Positions 1-17,425 of a stretch of DNA of 64,000 nucleotides are shown in pieces (position 1 is the first letter of the stretch; every line of letters begins with the position of its first letter). A program made the translations under genes and the position numbers. This stretch comes from Eledone cirrhosa. Lineage: Eukaryota. The notes beneath the pieces were generated by a model. It did not search any database. It saw only the letters and a list, made by a program, of their open reading frames with translations, and had not been told where the DNA came from. The DNA is taken from contig OZ024746.1 of the NCBI GenBank assembly GCA_964016885.1, positions 55,676,001-55,740,000 on the forward strand. Reading direction: 5' to 3'.

Positions 1-787
1 AAATAATCTATGTCAAGTTAATGTCTCTGGTTTCCAGTGAACCAGTTACATATCTGTCATATTTCCTCAGCATAATGGACAAAGGGTGTACTGTATTAAC
101 AGTATAAATAACATAGTCCTCTTGACATATACTCCTGAAATAATCTATTTGATCAGCGACTACGTAGCTACCGATATATGTATGTAACTTCCGGATTGTA
201 GCCCAGGAAGACGGTGGCTAAAATAGCTCCGACAGCAATAACAATAGCATCAACAGCTGGGAGGAAACAGCAATAGCTACACTAGTAATCATGATAAAAA
301 AAAAGAATGGAATCTAAAAACAACTACTGTAGCAACAATAACAACAATAAACACAAAACAACCCAAGGAATACCACAAGAACACAAACCACAATATTAAC
401 AACTCACTTAAGAATAGCAACAAAAGTATCCCGAAAACCTAACAACTGTATGAATATTAACAACTGTATTACAAACTATAACGTTAGCAAATACATAAAG
501 ATTACTACCAACAGAATCATTATAAAAACGCAGCAACATTTTAAAAAGTAATATTAACAATTGTAAGAACATAAGATAAATAATAAGAAAAGTACCAACA
601 TAATGACTGAAAACAGAGAAGCTATGTGGAGAATTTTGTACTGAGATGCAGTTATATGAGGGAAACACACGTAATAAATTATGTGATATGAATAGGTAAT
701 GGCGGACGAGAAGAAATATATAATGGTGATTGTAGTGATGATGATGGTAATGTGATGGTGGGGAGGAAAATGGAAAAAGGAAAACAC

Positions 788-803
788 GTAGTAGTAGTAG
801 TAA

Positions 804-865
<62 letters not shown>

Positions 866-883
866 ATGGCGGTGGTAGTAGTT

Positions 884-980
<97 letters not shown>

Positions 981-1075
981 GAGGAGGAGGAGGAGGAGGA
1001 AGAGGAGCAGTAGTAGTAGTCGTTGTAGTAGTAGTAGTAGTAGTATTGATGGCGGTGGTAGTAGTAGTAGTATTA
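788..1075. repeat. Compound trinucleotide microsatellite (GTA)n-(TTA)n-(GTA)n-(GGA)n, grading into a degenerate GGT/GAT tract to ~1400
   Basis: Directly visible; explains the poly-V/L/T/N ORFs. Confidence 0.95.
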
Positions 1076-1545
1076 GTTGTGCTGGTGGTGGTGATGGTGG
1101 TGGTGATTGTTTTGTGGTGTTGGTGGTGATGGTTTAGGTGGTGATGGTGCCGGTAGTAGTTCAAGAAGAAGAAGAAGAAGAATATGATGATGTTGATGAT
1201 GATGATGCAGAGGTGGAAGATGTAGTGCATTGAGGAGTAATAGTAGTACTGCTGCTCGTTTTCGTGATGATTGTTGTTGTTGTTGTGGTGTTGGTGGTGT
1301 GAATTTATTTGTGGTGTTGTTGGTGGTGGTGGAAGAAGAAGAAGAACATGATGATGTTGATGATGATGATGGTGATGCCGAGGAGGAGGAGGGTGCAGTG
1401 GACTGAGGTGTGGTATGATGAGGATTTAAGAAGTAAAGGAATAACAACATAAAATAATCTAAATATTAAGTTTCAGCTTAAGATTGGAATTTGTTTATTA
1501 TAAAAAGTGTATAAACATGATATTGACAATAACAATAATAATAAC

Positions 1546-1993
1546 TGTTTCTACTTTTGGCACAAGGCCAGCAATTACCCCAGTACATTACTGGTACATT
1601 CACCACCATAGTCGCTGATCTGGCCAGCTACAGGTGTGAGCCTCACGAGTTAGAATGGCTCTTCCAGCGCATCTACCTTACCATCCTCCGGTAAACGCCT
1701 TCTCCATTCTGTCTGCCGGGGCTGTGGGGAGGCCAGGACGTGGGACACTATTTGCACACCATGCAGAGAGATGGGGCGGGACAGGGAGATGGAGGCGATA
1801 ACAGTGGGAGTTCAGCTGTTCTTTCATGTTTGTTTAGCTTACAATTGCAATGATAATTTAAGCAGGTTTCTTTTTATCGATCCAGTAATGATGAAAGGCA
1901 AAGTTAACGTCGGCAGGGATTTGATCTCAGATCATAAAAGGCCGTGAGTCTTTGCTGCAAAGCATGGCGTCCGACCATCTACCGATACTGCCA
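1546..1993 (-). mobile_element. tRNA-derived SINE (family S), split by an insertion at ~1598-1870
   Basis: 3' part tgtttctacttttggcacaaggccagcaattacc at 1546-1597; remainder (ttatcga...gatgaaaggcaaagttaac...gatactgcca) at 1871-1993. Confidence 0.85.
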
Positions 1994-2000
1994 AAATGAT

Positions 2001-2572
2001 AATTGTTTCTACTTTTGGCACAAGGCCAGCAATTAAAACAGTGCATTACTGGTACTTTATGTTATCGACCCCGTTAGGATGAAAGGTAAAGTTAACCCCG
2101 CTGGGTTTTGATCTCAGAACGTAAAGGGACGTAACGTTATGCTGGAAAGCATGGTGTACGACCTTCTACTGATAGTACCAAATAATAATTGTTTCTACTT
2201 TAGGCACAAGGCCAGTAATTACCCAGTGTATTACTGGTACTTTATTTTATCGACCCCGTAATGATGAAAGGCAAAGTCAGCCTCGGCGGGATTTGAACTC
2301 AGATCGTAAAGGGACGTAACTATGCTGGAAAGCATGGCGTCCGACCCTCTACCAAATACTAATGATGGTTTCTTATATAGACACAAGGCCAACAATTTGT
2401 GGGGAGGGGAAAGTCGATTAAATCGACCCCAGTGCGTGCCGGTAATCTATTTCATCAACCCCGTAAGGATGAAAGTCAAAGTGAACTTCAGCGGGATTTG
2501 AACTCAGATCATAAAAAGGCCGTAACTCTATGCTGCAATGCATGGCGTCCGACACTATACCGATACAGCCAA
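2001..2572 (-). mobile_element. Three head-to-tail family S SINE copies (2001-2180, 2187-2359, 2360-2572)
   Basis: Repeated ~185 bp unit. Minus strand shows A-box-like TGGCAGTATCGG, B-box-like GAGTTCAAATCC and central GCCTTTCATCCTTACGGGGTCGATAAAATAAAGTACCAG. Third copy is a variant with an extra ggggaggggaaagtcgatta segment. Confidence 0.9.
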
Positions 2573-2889
2573 TACACAACTATAATGACGGCAATAATAA
2601 AAAAAGGAAACAAAAGAAAAGAAAGAATAAGGAAATATAGAGAAAAAAGAGAGAAAGAAAGAAGAAAAAGAACGGGAAGGGGAAGGGATGGCACGAGCTC
2701 TGTTGTTTCAGAAGAGAGGGGGAGGAACGAGTGAGGGAGAGTGATTGGGCTTTGGGCCTAGGGCAAGAGGGCAGAAGTGCTGCACCCCGTAGATAAGACG
2801 TCACAGGCATTCCTGTTAAGGGACGAAATAAAAGTTCAGCATAGATTTAATAACAAAAAAAGATACCAATATTGTTAATATAAAATAAT

Positions 2890-3021
2890 AATTATTCCTA
2901 CTTTTGGCACAAGTCCAGGAATTATCCCAGTGCATTACTGATACTTTATTTTATCGACCCCGTAAGGATGAAAGGCAAAGTTAACCTCGGCGGGAGTGGA
3001 ACTCAGACCATAAAGGGCCGT
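2890..3021 (-). mobile_element. Family S SINE, 5'-truncated
   Basis: Matches the 3' and central part of the other copies. Confidence 0.85.
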
Positions 3022-3039
3022 TAATATTAAACAATATTG

Positions 3040-3330
3040 GCCGCTGTTGTGTGGCACCTTGGGCAAGTATCGTTTACCAAAACCTCGGGTCGACCCCAAC
3101 CTTTGAGTGAAATTAAATGAGCGGTAGATATGTGAAAGGCTGTCAGATGGACGGAGACTGTAATTCAAAGGGTGCGGTTCGTCTTACATTGTCACACTAT
3201 ATTTCCATGATAATTATATAAAGGATATAGTTGTCTGTGGAAAGATCAGCCATTTACAGATTAATTTCAGTAGCAGTCTAATCAGTCGATCAATCTGGAA
3301 CCCGGCATACTCGCAACCGACGATGATCCA
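3040..3330 (+). mobile_element. Older SINE-like repeat of a different family
   Basis: CORE-like gtggcaccttgggcaagt; related sequence (taattcaaa...gtcac) recurs near 26180-26310 and 38930-39110. Confidence 0.55.
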
Positions 3331-3388
3331 TTTCTTGCCAGTACTAAAACTAGTACTCATATCACTTTCTTATTTAGAACCTTGCTCT

Positions 3389-4583
3389 TGATTTCTAATT
3401 TAGACACAAGGCTGACATTGTTTGAAGGAAAATAAAGTCGATTATATTAACTCCGGAGCTTTACTGTTACTTCATTATAACGAACTTGGAAATATGAAAA
3501 GCATAGATGATTTCGGTGTGCTTTGAACTCAGATAATAAAACCTCTTCCTTCCCAAATTCTGCTCAGCAATTGTCTGACTCTTTAACGACTGTCCATATC
3601 CGCAGCTCTAACTAGTAATAATAAGTGTTTCTATTTTTGACACAAGCCGAGCAAATACCCCAGTGTGTTACTGGTACCTTAATTTATCAACCCCGCAAGG
3701 ATGAAAGGCAAAGTTAACCTGGTGATTAACGGCGGGATTTGAACTCAGAATGGCAAATGCCGTAACTCTGTCATCAAAGCATGGTGTCCGACCCTCTGCC
3801 GATACTGCCAATCAACCGCCCAACTTGCAATACTAATGATTTCCGATTTAGACACAATACCAACAATTTTGGGGAAAGGGAAATTCGATTAAATCTAGCC
3901 CAGTGCATTACTGGTGTTTTATTTATGGCTCTTCCAATGCATCTACCTTACCATCCTCCGGGGAAACACCTTCTCCATTCTTTCCGCCGGAGCAGTGGGG
4001 AGGCCAACACGCAGGACCCCATTTGCTCATAATACAGAGATATGGGGATGGTGAGAGAGATGTATGCGATTACAGTGGGACTTCGGCCCTTCCATGACCG
4101 GACTTGGTGTGCAGTGTCAGTTGCCCGTAGTTGGGGGAGGGGGGTATAGTGGTTTGGAATTAGCGAAAGCTTTTAGAACCTTGTGTATGAACGGCGAAAT
4201 CTTCTAGAGTCTAGACGTATGAGAAAAACGGTTAAGCCAAGGAAAAAATGAGATACTTGATCAGGCTTTATTTATCGACACCATAAGGATAAAAGGCAAA
4301 GGTAACCTCGGCAAGGTTTGAACTCAGATCGTAACTCTAGACAATAGAGCCTTTGTCCGATACTCAATCGATACTGCCAATCCACCACCCTCTCACCAGT
4401 AAAAATAATTGTTTCTACTTTTTGGCACAAGGCCAGCAATTGCCCAGTGCATTACTGGTACTTTATTTTATCGACGCCGTAAGGATGAAAGGCAAAGTTA
4501 ACCTCGGCTATATTTGAAATCAGAAAGGCAAGGGCCGTCACTTGCGTCAAAGCATGGCGTGCGACCCTCTACCGATACTGCCA
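3389..4583 (-). mobile_element. Cluster of four family S SINE copies (3389-3535 old; 3625-3820; 3836-3917 plus 4263-4390 interrupted; 4407-4583)
   Basis: Same unit; last copy flanked by the duplication agtaaaaataat (4398-4409 and 4586-4597). Confidence 0.85.
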
Positions 4584-5000
4584 CTAGTAAAAATAATAAG
4601 AAGAATATGCAATAGAAACATATATAATAATACGTGTTAACGTATTCAACTTGACAAAATCGTTAACGTATTGGATATATTCCACCTGGCTGCGCTCTGG
4701 GTTCATTTTATCATATCAGAATCGAAAAATATGGTACGTACCAGTTCTGTGGTGGTGTTGTACTATCTCATTCTATGTATTTCATTCTGGATATTACATA
4801 CTACCAAGTCATACCCGATTGCGTGTTAGGCTGTAAAAGTAAGATGACGTGAATATATAATCATCGATAAAATTAACGGTGAGGTCGTTATGACATTGCG
4901 ATAAAAATATGTCAGATGTGATGCTGCTTCGGAAGGTGATGGTGTAGGTGATAGTGGTGATGCTGGTTATAGATGTGGCGGCGTAGTGTTCATGAGAGTG

Positions 5001-7157
<2,157 letters not shown>

Positions 7158-7467
7158 TGCGTGTGCGTATGTTTGTCATCGTGTGTGTTTCTGTGTTTGT
7201 GAGCGTGTGCGTGCATATATATATAACTACGTCTGTGTGTTTTGAAATAATGCCCTGCTGTCCGTATTTCCTATGATGTGCTGTAAGACAGTGGTAAGTG
7301 GTGAGACGCCTAGAATCCCCCGCCACCACCTGTATTCATCACATGTTATTCAACTATGTTTTATATAATAAACACCTCACATATTTTGTTAACGATTATT
7401 CAATTGGAAATATACTAAATTGAAAAACTCCGGGCTTTCTTGTTTTAAATGTTTACAAATCTGGTAT

Positions 7468-7491
7468 TTCTTCTTCTTCTTCTTCTTCTTC

Positions 7492-7523
<32 letters not shown>

Positions 7524-8159
7524 CTTCTTCTTCTTGTTCTTCTTCTTCTTCTTCTTCTTCTTCTTCTTCTTCTTCTTCTTCTTCTTCTTCTTCTTCTTCT
7601 GTTGAGTTGATTTTTTCTTCTTCTTCCAAAGTTTCCATTATTCCTCTCTTCTATAACACCACCACAACCACCCCCATCATCACCACCACCATCATCATCA
7701 TGACCATCATGATCATCTACAACATTTCTCATCTATATATAAATATAAATATAGATATATTTATTTCTTTTTTTTTTTATTTAATTCTTGCCCTATTTAG
7801 TTTGTTTGTTTACACATCTTCCAACCACGTAAGTCAGTCTTTCACAAAGATTTTGGAACATTTCCAAATAATCATTATATAAACAGTTATTACTAAATTT
7901 TTGACATTAACAATTGTACCGAAAACATTTTATTTTATGGAAGCAAATATATTTCAGTCATAAAAATAAAAGTATAAAATATTTAAGAAGATGTATATGC
8001 CGAAAAAAATATTTATCTTGAATATTTGACTTAATGCTTGTAAGTTGGATATTTGTTGTTGTTGTTGTTGTTGTTGTTCTTCTTCTTCTTCTTCTTCTTC
8101 TTCTTCTTCTTCTTCTTCTTCTTCTTCTTCTTCTTCTTTTTCTTCTTCTTCTTTTTCTT

Positions 8160-8237
<78 letters not shown>

Positions 8238-8415
8238 AATTATTATTATTATTATTCACCTCCTCCACCTCCTCACCCACCTCCTCCTCCTCCTTCTTCT
8301 TCTTCTTCTTCTTCTTCTTCTCCTCCTTCCTATCCTCCTCCTCATTCTTTTCCTCCTCTTCTTCTTATTCTTGCTGTTGCTCTTGATTTTTTTATCATTA
8401 TTATTATTATTATTA

Positions 8416-8449
<34 letters not shown>

Positions 8450-8500
8450 GTTGTTGTTATTTTTTATTATATTCATTATTAATATTATTATTATTAATTT
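7468..8500. repeat. (TTC)n, (TTG)n, (TTA)n and (CCT)n trinucleotide arrays
   Basis: Directly visible at 7468-7600 and 8053-8500. Confidence 0.95.
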
Positions 8501-9133
8501 ATTAATACACTGCTTTTTTTAGAATTTTTTTTTCTTATTTTAGCAATATTTATAAATGTTCGTAATTTTATCATTATGATCATCCTCGTCATATTTATCA
8601 CCATCATCATCCCCACCGTCACCAACGCCGGAGTCGTTGTCGCCGTCGACTTCGTCATCATCATCATCATTACTATAAACATTATATATATATATTGCTC
8701 TGGGTTTTTAAAAATTCAAATGTGTGTCTTTGATAGCATTATAGGAATATAATGCGGCAATAGATCGATACAAATAAGCAATAAAAGAATCTTAGTTATC
8801 CATTCGGCTGTGCGATCAATACGTTTATCAGTGTAAACGTCTTAGTCGAAATTATTGATTTTTTCCCTTCCTCACCCTCCCGACTTTTTATCGAATTCCT
8901 TCCGTATATGTGTATGTGATTTTCAATATTTAAACATATATGTCGTTGCAAAAGGAATTTCAACCACAAGAAGTATATTCTATGTGTAATTACTTCGAAT
9001 ATATAAATATGTATATGTGCATGCGTGTATGTGATGGTATGTGCATGTGTGTGTATGTGTAAGTGTTCTTTACAAAGAGAGAGATATAGAGTCATATATA
9101 TATATAGAGAGAGAGAGAGAGGGGGAGAGAGAT

Positions 9134-9164
<31 letters not shown>

Positions 9165-9170
9165 GAGAGA

Positions 9171-9248
<78 letters not shown>

Positions 9249-9847
9249 CAGAGAGAGAGAGAGAGACAGAGAGAAAGAGGCCGTAGCATTCACTATATTG
9301 GCTTATGAACCAGATCCTGCAAAGCATTAATGTGTGTCAAAAGTCAGGGATATGGCAGGGTTGTATCAGTCCTCTCCCTTGTTTACTGTCTACCAGCTGA
9401 AAACACAAATATATTTATTATATACATATGTACAAACACACACATATATGTAGACTTATATATATGAATATATATGAATATATATGTGTACATATATATC
9501 TATCTATGTACGGACACACACAGACACGCACACACACATATACATATTTTTTTTTTTAACACTTTACTATTTTATTATTCCACTATGCATTCAAACAGTC
9601 TTTAATTTGACGGATCGCAATCTATGGCAATGGCGACTAGATTTTATTCCATTGAAAAGACCCATGTTTTTATTCATTTTATCTATAGTGGAATGTTTTG
9701 AATTGGAAGTATCGTTAAAAGGGAATGCTTTGCTGTGTGTGCTTCAGTCATTTTTGCCATTAATTCAAATCCCACCGAGGTAAAAGTTTTGTTATTCTTT
9801 TGAAAACCGTATGTATATTAAAATCCAGTAATGGCCTCGATTCTTAC

Positions 9848-10162
9848 CCGTATACATTTTTCGCGTTTTCACGCTAATGCTCTCAATCTCTTTCCTGGGA
9901 AATTTCAAGCCTAGATGTGAATGGGTTACAGCAGGTGTACATGCCAAATTCAAGTATATGACCATGGTGTGCCAACGACCCGAGCAGGAGATCAAGGCAT
10001 ACGATACCTTGTATAACGTTTTTTTCCCGTTTGTTGAGCTTTGCATTTCATAGCATTTCATTGGGAATTTCAACCCCGCTGTTGCATAGTTCATAACTCT
10101 CAGATTAGCCTCAATGTTAATAATATTGAATCCATGTATATTATGTGAAGCCAATCGTATTT
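9848..10162 (-). CDS. Candidate internal coding exon (315 bp, phase 1-1), product unknown
   Basis: Stop-free non-repetitive frame IRLASHNIHGFN...KTRKMYT bounded by ctaaacag| acceptor and G|GTAAGA donor; length divisible by 3; no recognisable homology. Confidence 0.35.
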
Positions 10163-10615
10163 CTGTTTAGATTTAATGAGGATTCATTCTCATGAGTATA
10201 ACATAAGTCTGTTGAAGTTTCGTCGACTTGTGATTAAACAACGTTGACAAGTCAAGCAGAAGGAATTTACATGATCACTTGGTTAGTTTGAGATAAAAAC
10301 AAATCTTCACACAAGCAACATTATTAAAAATTACATTAACGACAAGTTATCTAGTTTACTCTTAGAAACACGTTGTCACCATGTGTTGGAGATGCGGCTT
10401 TGATTGCAATAATACTGAGTAGACGTCTAATGGATCAAGGTCATGTATATAGAAACGAACTTGTGTATACACATGAAGATGTGGAGAGAGTCAAATGAAA
10501 GAAATATGGAGAATATAATTCGACTATAAAGTGTGTAACCTGTACTGGATTTTAAGTTCACCAGATGCACCTACGGAGGTGGAAATTAAGTCAGTTCCGT
10601 ATTATCACCGTATAC

Positions 10616-12280
<1,665 letters not shown>

Positions 12281-12875
12281 TAGTTTTTGTTATATTTTTA
12301 ACTACTCAGACTTTATCGTTTTCAATTATTTCTTCTTCAACGTGTCAAGAATATTACTTTAGGTTATCCATTCTGAATGAAATCGATAAAAACGATTGCC
12401 TGATTGAAACAGTAACCATCAATTACAAGAACCTAACTTTAACTATCTTAAAATAACTTCTATCTTTAACTCTCATCCTGTTTATTGGTGATTTTCACGA
12501 CAGTTCTCTCTTTGCTTGTAATAAACTCATTTTCCTTTCTCTCAGACTATCATTTAATGTTATAAAGAAAATAAACGAGAATTAATGATTTCAAATAAGA
12601 ACATGTTTTAAGATAGCCGCAGCTCATGAGAAGATTGCGATGTAACGGAGATGCAGGAGATTCGTCAGTGACTGTTTTTTATCTCATAATTGTAGTTGAT
12701 GTTTCTGTTGATCATGTATTTCCGTATACTGCTTTGGAGCATTGTATTGTAGGTCCTCATACAAAAAGCCAAAGTAGATTTTAATTAATATTTCTTAATT
12801 GTTGTCAACTTGTTATGGGGCTTTGCATGACGAGCGAACTTTATACGCACGATCAATTGGGAGACCTTTCAAGAG

Positions 12876-12986
12876 CCAGCAGCGAAGCTAAACATATATT
12901 TGCCAGGCCGTCCAGCAGCGAAGCTAAACATATATTTGCCAGGCCGTCCAGCAGCGAAGCTAAACATATATTTGCCAGGCCGTCCA
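12876..12986. repeat. Perfect 36-bp tandem repeat x3 (ccagcagcgaagctaaacatatatttgccaggccgt)
   Basis: Three identical adjacent units with no spacers. Confidence 0.95.
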
Positions 12987-13559
12987 CCAGTGACGCCAGA
13001 CAGATCTCAGTAATTTTGTCCTGCATCTTCTACTCTATTTTCCAGTCCGGAAATGCTTGATTTCATTCGTGGGCATGCGTCAAGCATAGTTGAGCATCAC
13101 CGGGCGTCTTCAGGTTGTTTTACTCCGTAGATGATTCAACCTGGCCAATTCCCATTTCTTCGCCCTTTTGTGGTGAGATCATGCCATGTATACGTAAGTA
13201 AGGTCCGGTCGTACTCATATTGAATTAATTAAATTAAGTACTAGTCAAGTACCGAGGACAAATAAAATTGCCTTTCCCATGTCCCACTAATAGAACTGAA
13301 GCATTATGCTTAGAACCTGACATTTATTTAGATATGTTGATGTATGTTCTTGTTCTGCTGCGTTTTGACAGTCATTACTCATAATCCGAAGTAGGTATAA
13401 TCCTGGCCGCCCCAAAATGGTGGATATTAGGACTCAGAGGTTGACCCAGAAGATCGATGGAATGATGAACTCAAAACGGGACATTTGTACAAAAAAAAAC
13501 GAAAACACATATAATAATTATCACTAACATTTCATTTGGATATATCTAATAACTTGAAG

Positions 13560-14169
13560 AACGGGAAAAGTCGATTATAGTCGCCCTGGTATGTAACTGG
13601 TAGCTTATTTTATCATATTCTGGAAGGATGAAAAGGTTGAATGTCCAAATTGACATTGGTGGGATTTGTACTCAACGCGGGAAAAGTTGTAATGACACCC
13701 CACAAAGCATTCTGTCCGACACTGTGCCGTTGCTACCAAACGACCGCCCATATATATACATATAATGACACGTTACAATTTTTTCTACATGTGGCACAAG
13801 GCCAGCAATTATCCCAGTGCATTACTGCTACTTTATTTTATCGACCTCGTAAGGATGAAAGGCAAAGCTAACACGGCGGGATTTGTACTCAGACCGTAAC
13901 GGGCCATCACTCTATGCTGCAAATCATGGCGTCCAACCCTATACTGATACTGCCAAACCACCACCCTCATAAATACATATAATTGTTTCTAATTTTGGCA
14001 CAAGGCCAGCAATAACCCAGTGTATTACTGGTACTTTATTTTATCGATCCCATAAGGATAAAAGGCAAAGTTAACATGGGCGGGATTTGAACTCAGAATG
14101 GCAAGGGCCGTAACTCTATGCGTCAAAGCATGGCGTCCGACCCTCTACCGATACTGCCAATCCACCGCC
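13560..14169 (-). mobile_element. Three head-to-tail family S SINE copies (13560-13749 old; 13777-13966; 13981-14169)
   Basis: Same unit as the 2-4.6 kb cluster. Confidence 0.9.
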
Positions 14170-15633
14170 ATGTTATAATGTCTTTTGTTTGTATTCAGTA
14201 TTTCTGAATTATATATAACTCGTCATTATGTATATTTATTTTATAATCTGTATAATTAATTGGCTATTTTTGTGGATATTTGAGGTCAATGATAGATCAA
14301 GGATTCCATGAAGAGGCCAACAGTCTAAAGGGTTTGTGGATAGCATAACCAATTATTTTGAACCAAGGAACAAAGGCCCAAATCCACTATAGTCGAATGA
14401 AGCAATGTGTTCTTTTGTGGTATTTAGCATCATATATACTGACACTATGAGTAACAATTTTTGAACATAAATGGCATATTTAAATAACATCAGATATTTT
14501 GTACTCTACTCATTTTGTTTGACTATATCTGAAGTGAGTATAATTTGGACGTTGAACAAAAAAGAAAACATATCCTTCCTCTCTTTATGTTACTAAGAAT
14601 GACTGAATCAGCGGTTTTTTAAATTTTTTTATTGTATATCTAAACCGGGAGCGGAAGTCAATGGAACCATATGGAAAAAGCTGTTTAATTCCATGTACAT
14701 TTATCATTCATTTCATGGTGTTAAACTTTGTGGCACACCATTTGCGATTTGGTCATTGATACATATTCTACAATAGAAATTAGCAGTGAGCAATTCGCAA
14801 GAATTACGATGCAATTTGTATACTAGAGAGTAAATTTTATACGTAAAATGAATTTAACAGCTTGTGTGTGATGATTAGTTTTAATGGTTCGTCTAGAGAA
14901 AGCAAAACATTGTTGGAAGGTTTTAAAGAAACAATGCTTAAATTTGTAATATATTCATGACATTAATTATATACAAATTTTAAAAATGAAATCAAAAATG
15001 ATTTCTGATTAATATTATGGATATTTTGGCGTTGGTTTAATAATATTTTATTTGATTTTGCATTGTGTTGTGAGAAGAGGCATGTTGGTGTCCAAGACAT
15101 TTGTCAGTGAATCCGACAGTGGTGGGAGCAAGTGAGGAAGCTAGTAACTTTATGACAGTTGACATAGCCTTGAGGCTTTTAACAGAGTAGACTCCCTTAA
15201 ACATCTCCAAGTGACAGATGGTATAATTAATCATACTAATATTACCATCCAACGGCGGCAACATCTTTTCCAATAGACTGCCACACAATTTCAGTTAGAA
15301 AACAACTACAGCTACAGGTCTTTAGTAGACTCAAGTCTATGGTAGAAGACTGTTAGCCGTTATACCGGGCAACGGGTGGAATACGAAACCATATAGCTCC
15401 AAAACGAATCACATACCTACTCATATATGCAGAACATCCATTGTGTGTTTTGGATATCCATCTCTTCCAAAGATTAAAGTTCCAATTGATTCAAACCAAG
15501 GAATTGCCAGAGTAATTCATGTGCAAGTGGAAGATTCAACATATAGCAATGTATAACAAGGCAGATGTACTAAATTACAGTTACAACTCATTTATTTTCT
15601 GTTGAATGGATTGAAGTAATGGGAATAGAGAAT

Positions 15634-15820
15634 AATTGTTTCTACTTTTGGTACAAGGCCAGGAATTCACCAGTACATTACTGGTACTTTATTTTATCGA
15701 CCCCGTATGGATGAAAGGCAAAGTTAACCTCGGCGGGATTTGAACTCACATCGTAAAGGGACGTAACTCTTTGCTTCAAAGCATGGCGTCCGACCCTTTA
15801 CTGATACTGCCAATCCACCG
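15634..15820 (-). mobile_element. Family S SINE with 16-bp target site duplication
   Basis: TSD gggaatagagaataat at 15621-15636 and 15820-15835. Confidence 0.92.
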
Positions 15821-16174
15821 GGAATAGAGAATAATGCCCAAAGATAATATACGACGCCATAAACGGAACGCCTTAACCCAAGACATTGTTTTCTTGCTTT
15901 CTCTAAAACAAGATACCTATGGCACCCTTGTGATGGCAGTAAAAAAAATGACGTAATATATTATTTATATGAAATTAATACGCCGTGTATTGCCACTCGC
16001 TGTTTTAAGCTCTACCTATATAACGTGAAAACTCAGTGTAGTAATGCAAGGGATAGCAAATCTATAATATCTTCTGTGTGTGTATGTGCATATGTCACAC
16101 TTCTAAATTTCGACACTTTATAATTTTAGAGTGAAGCTTACTTATTCCATATGAATAGACATAACTACCTCACA

Positions 16175-16910
16175 TTTAGTACGTTATCGTGGTGCTGCTT
16201 TCAATCTCCTGCAACGTATTTTCGGATTCGTTAGCTCTTTCGAAGAGAAGTTTTAATGTGTTAAAAGGTACGTTTAACTCCCTGTCCTGGAAATAGAAAT
16301 ATTTTGTGAACAATAGTACCGCTTTCGAAACACATTTAATTATCGTTTTTACTTTGATTCTGCTCTGGCGTCCTTCCGTCGGACGAGGAGAAATGTTCGT
16401 TTGCCCTCCTCACTTTGCCGTTTTGTCTATGTACTCGAAAACACACGATTCATCTCATGCTATTATATTATGTAAGAAATTGGCGCAATTTCGTGTCTGT
16501 GTAACAAATCCTAATAAAGTTCTAATCGGATCGCTTTTTGCACCTCAGACAATTGTTTGCACAAATGTTTTGAATCTGCAAATGTTCCGTTAAAATTATA
16601 TAAACTGCATTTCTGTTAAAGCCCGTTTCGCATGCAATTATCCTAAAACGTAATCAGCGATCTTTCTCTGTCACCCCTCACACCACTTCCATATTTTGTT
16701 CAGTTGTTGACGTGATTGGCCTTGTAGAACGAGGTTCTTCTTCACCATTTTGTCGGCCCTTTTTCAAAGCTTTGTGCCAGATAAACACCTTACTTCTCAA
16801 TAGAGTGACGCCTCCACAATGTTGTGTTAAAAATTATATGTTTTGTTGGCATATTTATTGAATTTGACACGAAATTAGATCATGTACCGTTCTTCGATAT
16901 TTTCCTGCAT
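16175..16910 (-). mobile_element. Decayed mariner (Tc1/mariner) transposase
   Basis: Manual translation with stops/frameshifts: MQENIEERYMI; VFIWHKALKKGRQNGEEEPRSTRPITSTTEQN (HTH region); FLHNIIA*DESCVFEY (ITGDE-like); KRQS..SPRP; HHDNV (HHDNA-like). Confidence 0.85.
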
Positions 16911-17207
16911 CGTAAACTTAACAGACGTTATAAACACGTTTGGACATATATATAAAAAAAAAAGCGACTGGTTTAATCGATCATATTGAAACAAGTACAG
17001 CCAAGGTCATAACCAACACACCTATATATACGAAGGAGGTGCTGCTTTACCGTATCGTACGTAGAAAAACTGTACCCTTACTTTTGGGAAAAACATCCCA
17101 TTTGTAAGTGTGGGAGTTTATGTGTGTATATATATATATGTATTAATGTGTATATGTATGTGTGTGTGTGAGTGTGTGTGCATGTATGTATATGTGTATT
17201 TGTAGCT

Positions 17208-17335
<128 letters not shown>

Positions 17336-17373
17336 GTGAGTGTGTGTGCATGTACGTATATGTGTATTTGTAG

Positions 17374-17425
<52 letters not shown>

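Noticed and set aside
20-78. CTGAGGA...GAAA on the minus strand as a hammerhead
   Set aside because: No consistent stem II/III or UH triplet
12600-12675. CTGACGA on the minus strand
   Set aside because: No properly placed GAAA or stems
12876-12986. 36-bp repeat as a CRISPR array
   Set aside because: No spacers, no cas genes, eukaryotic context
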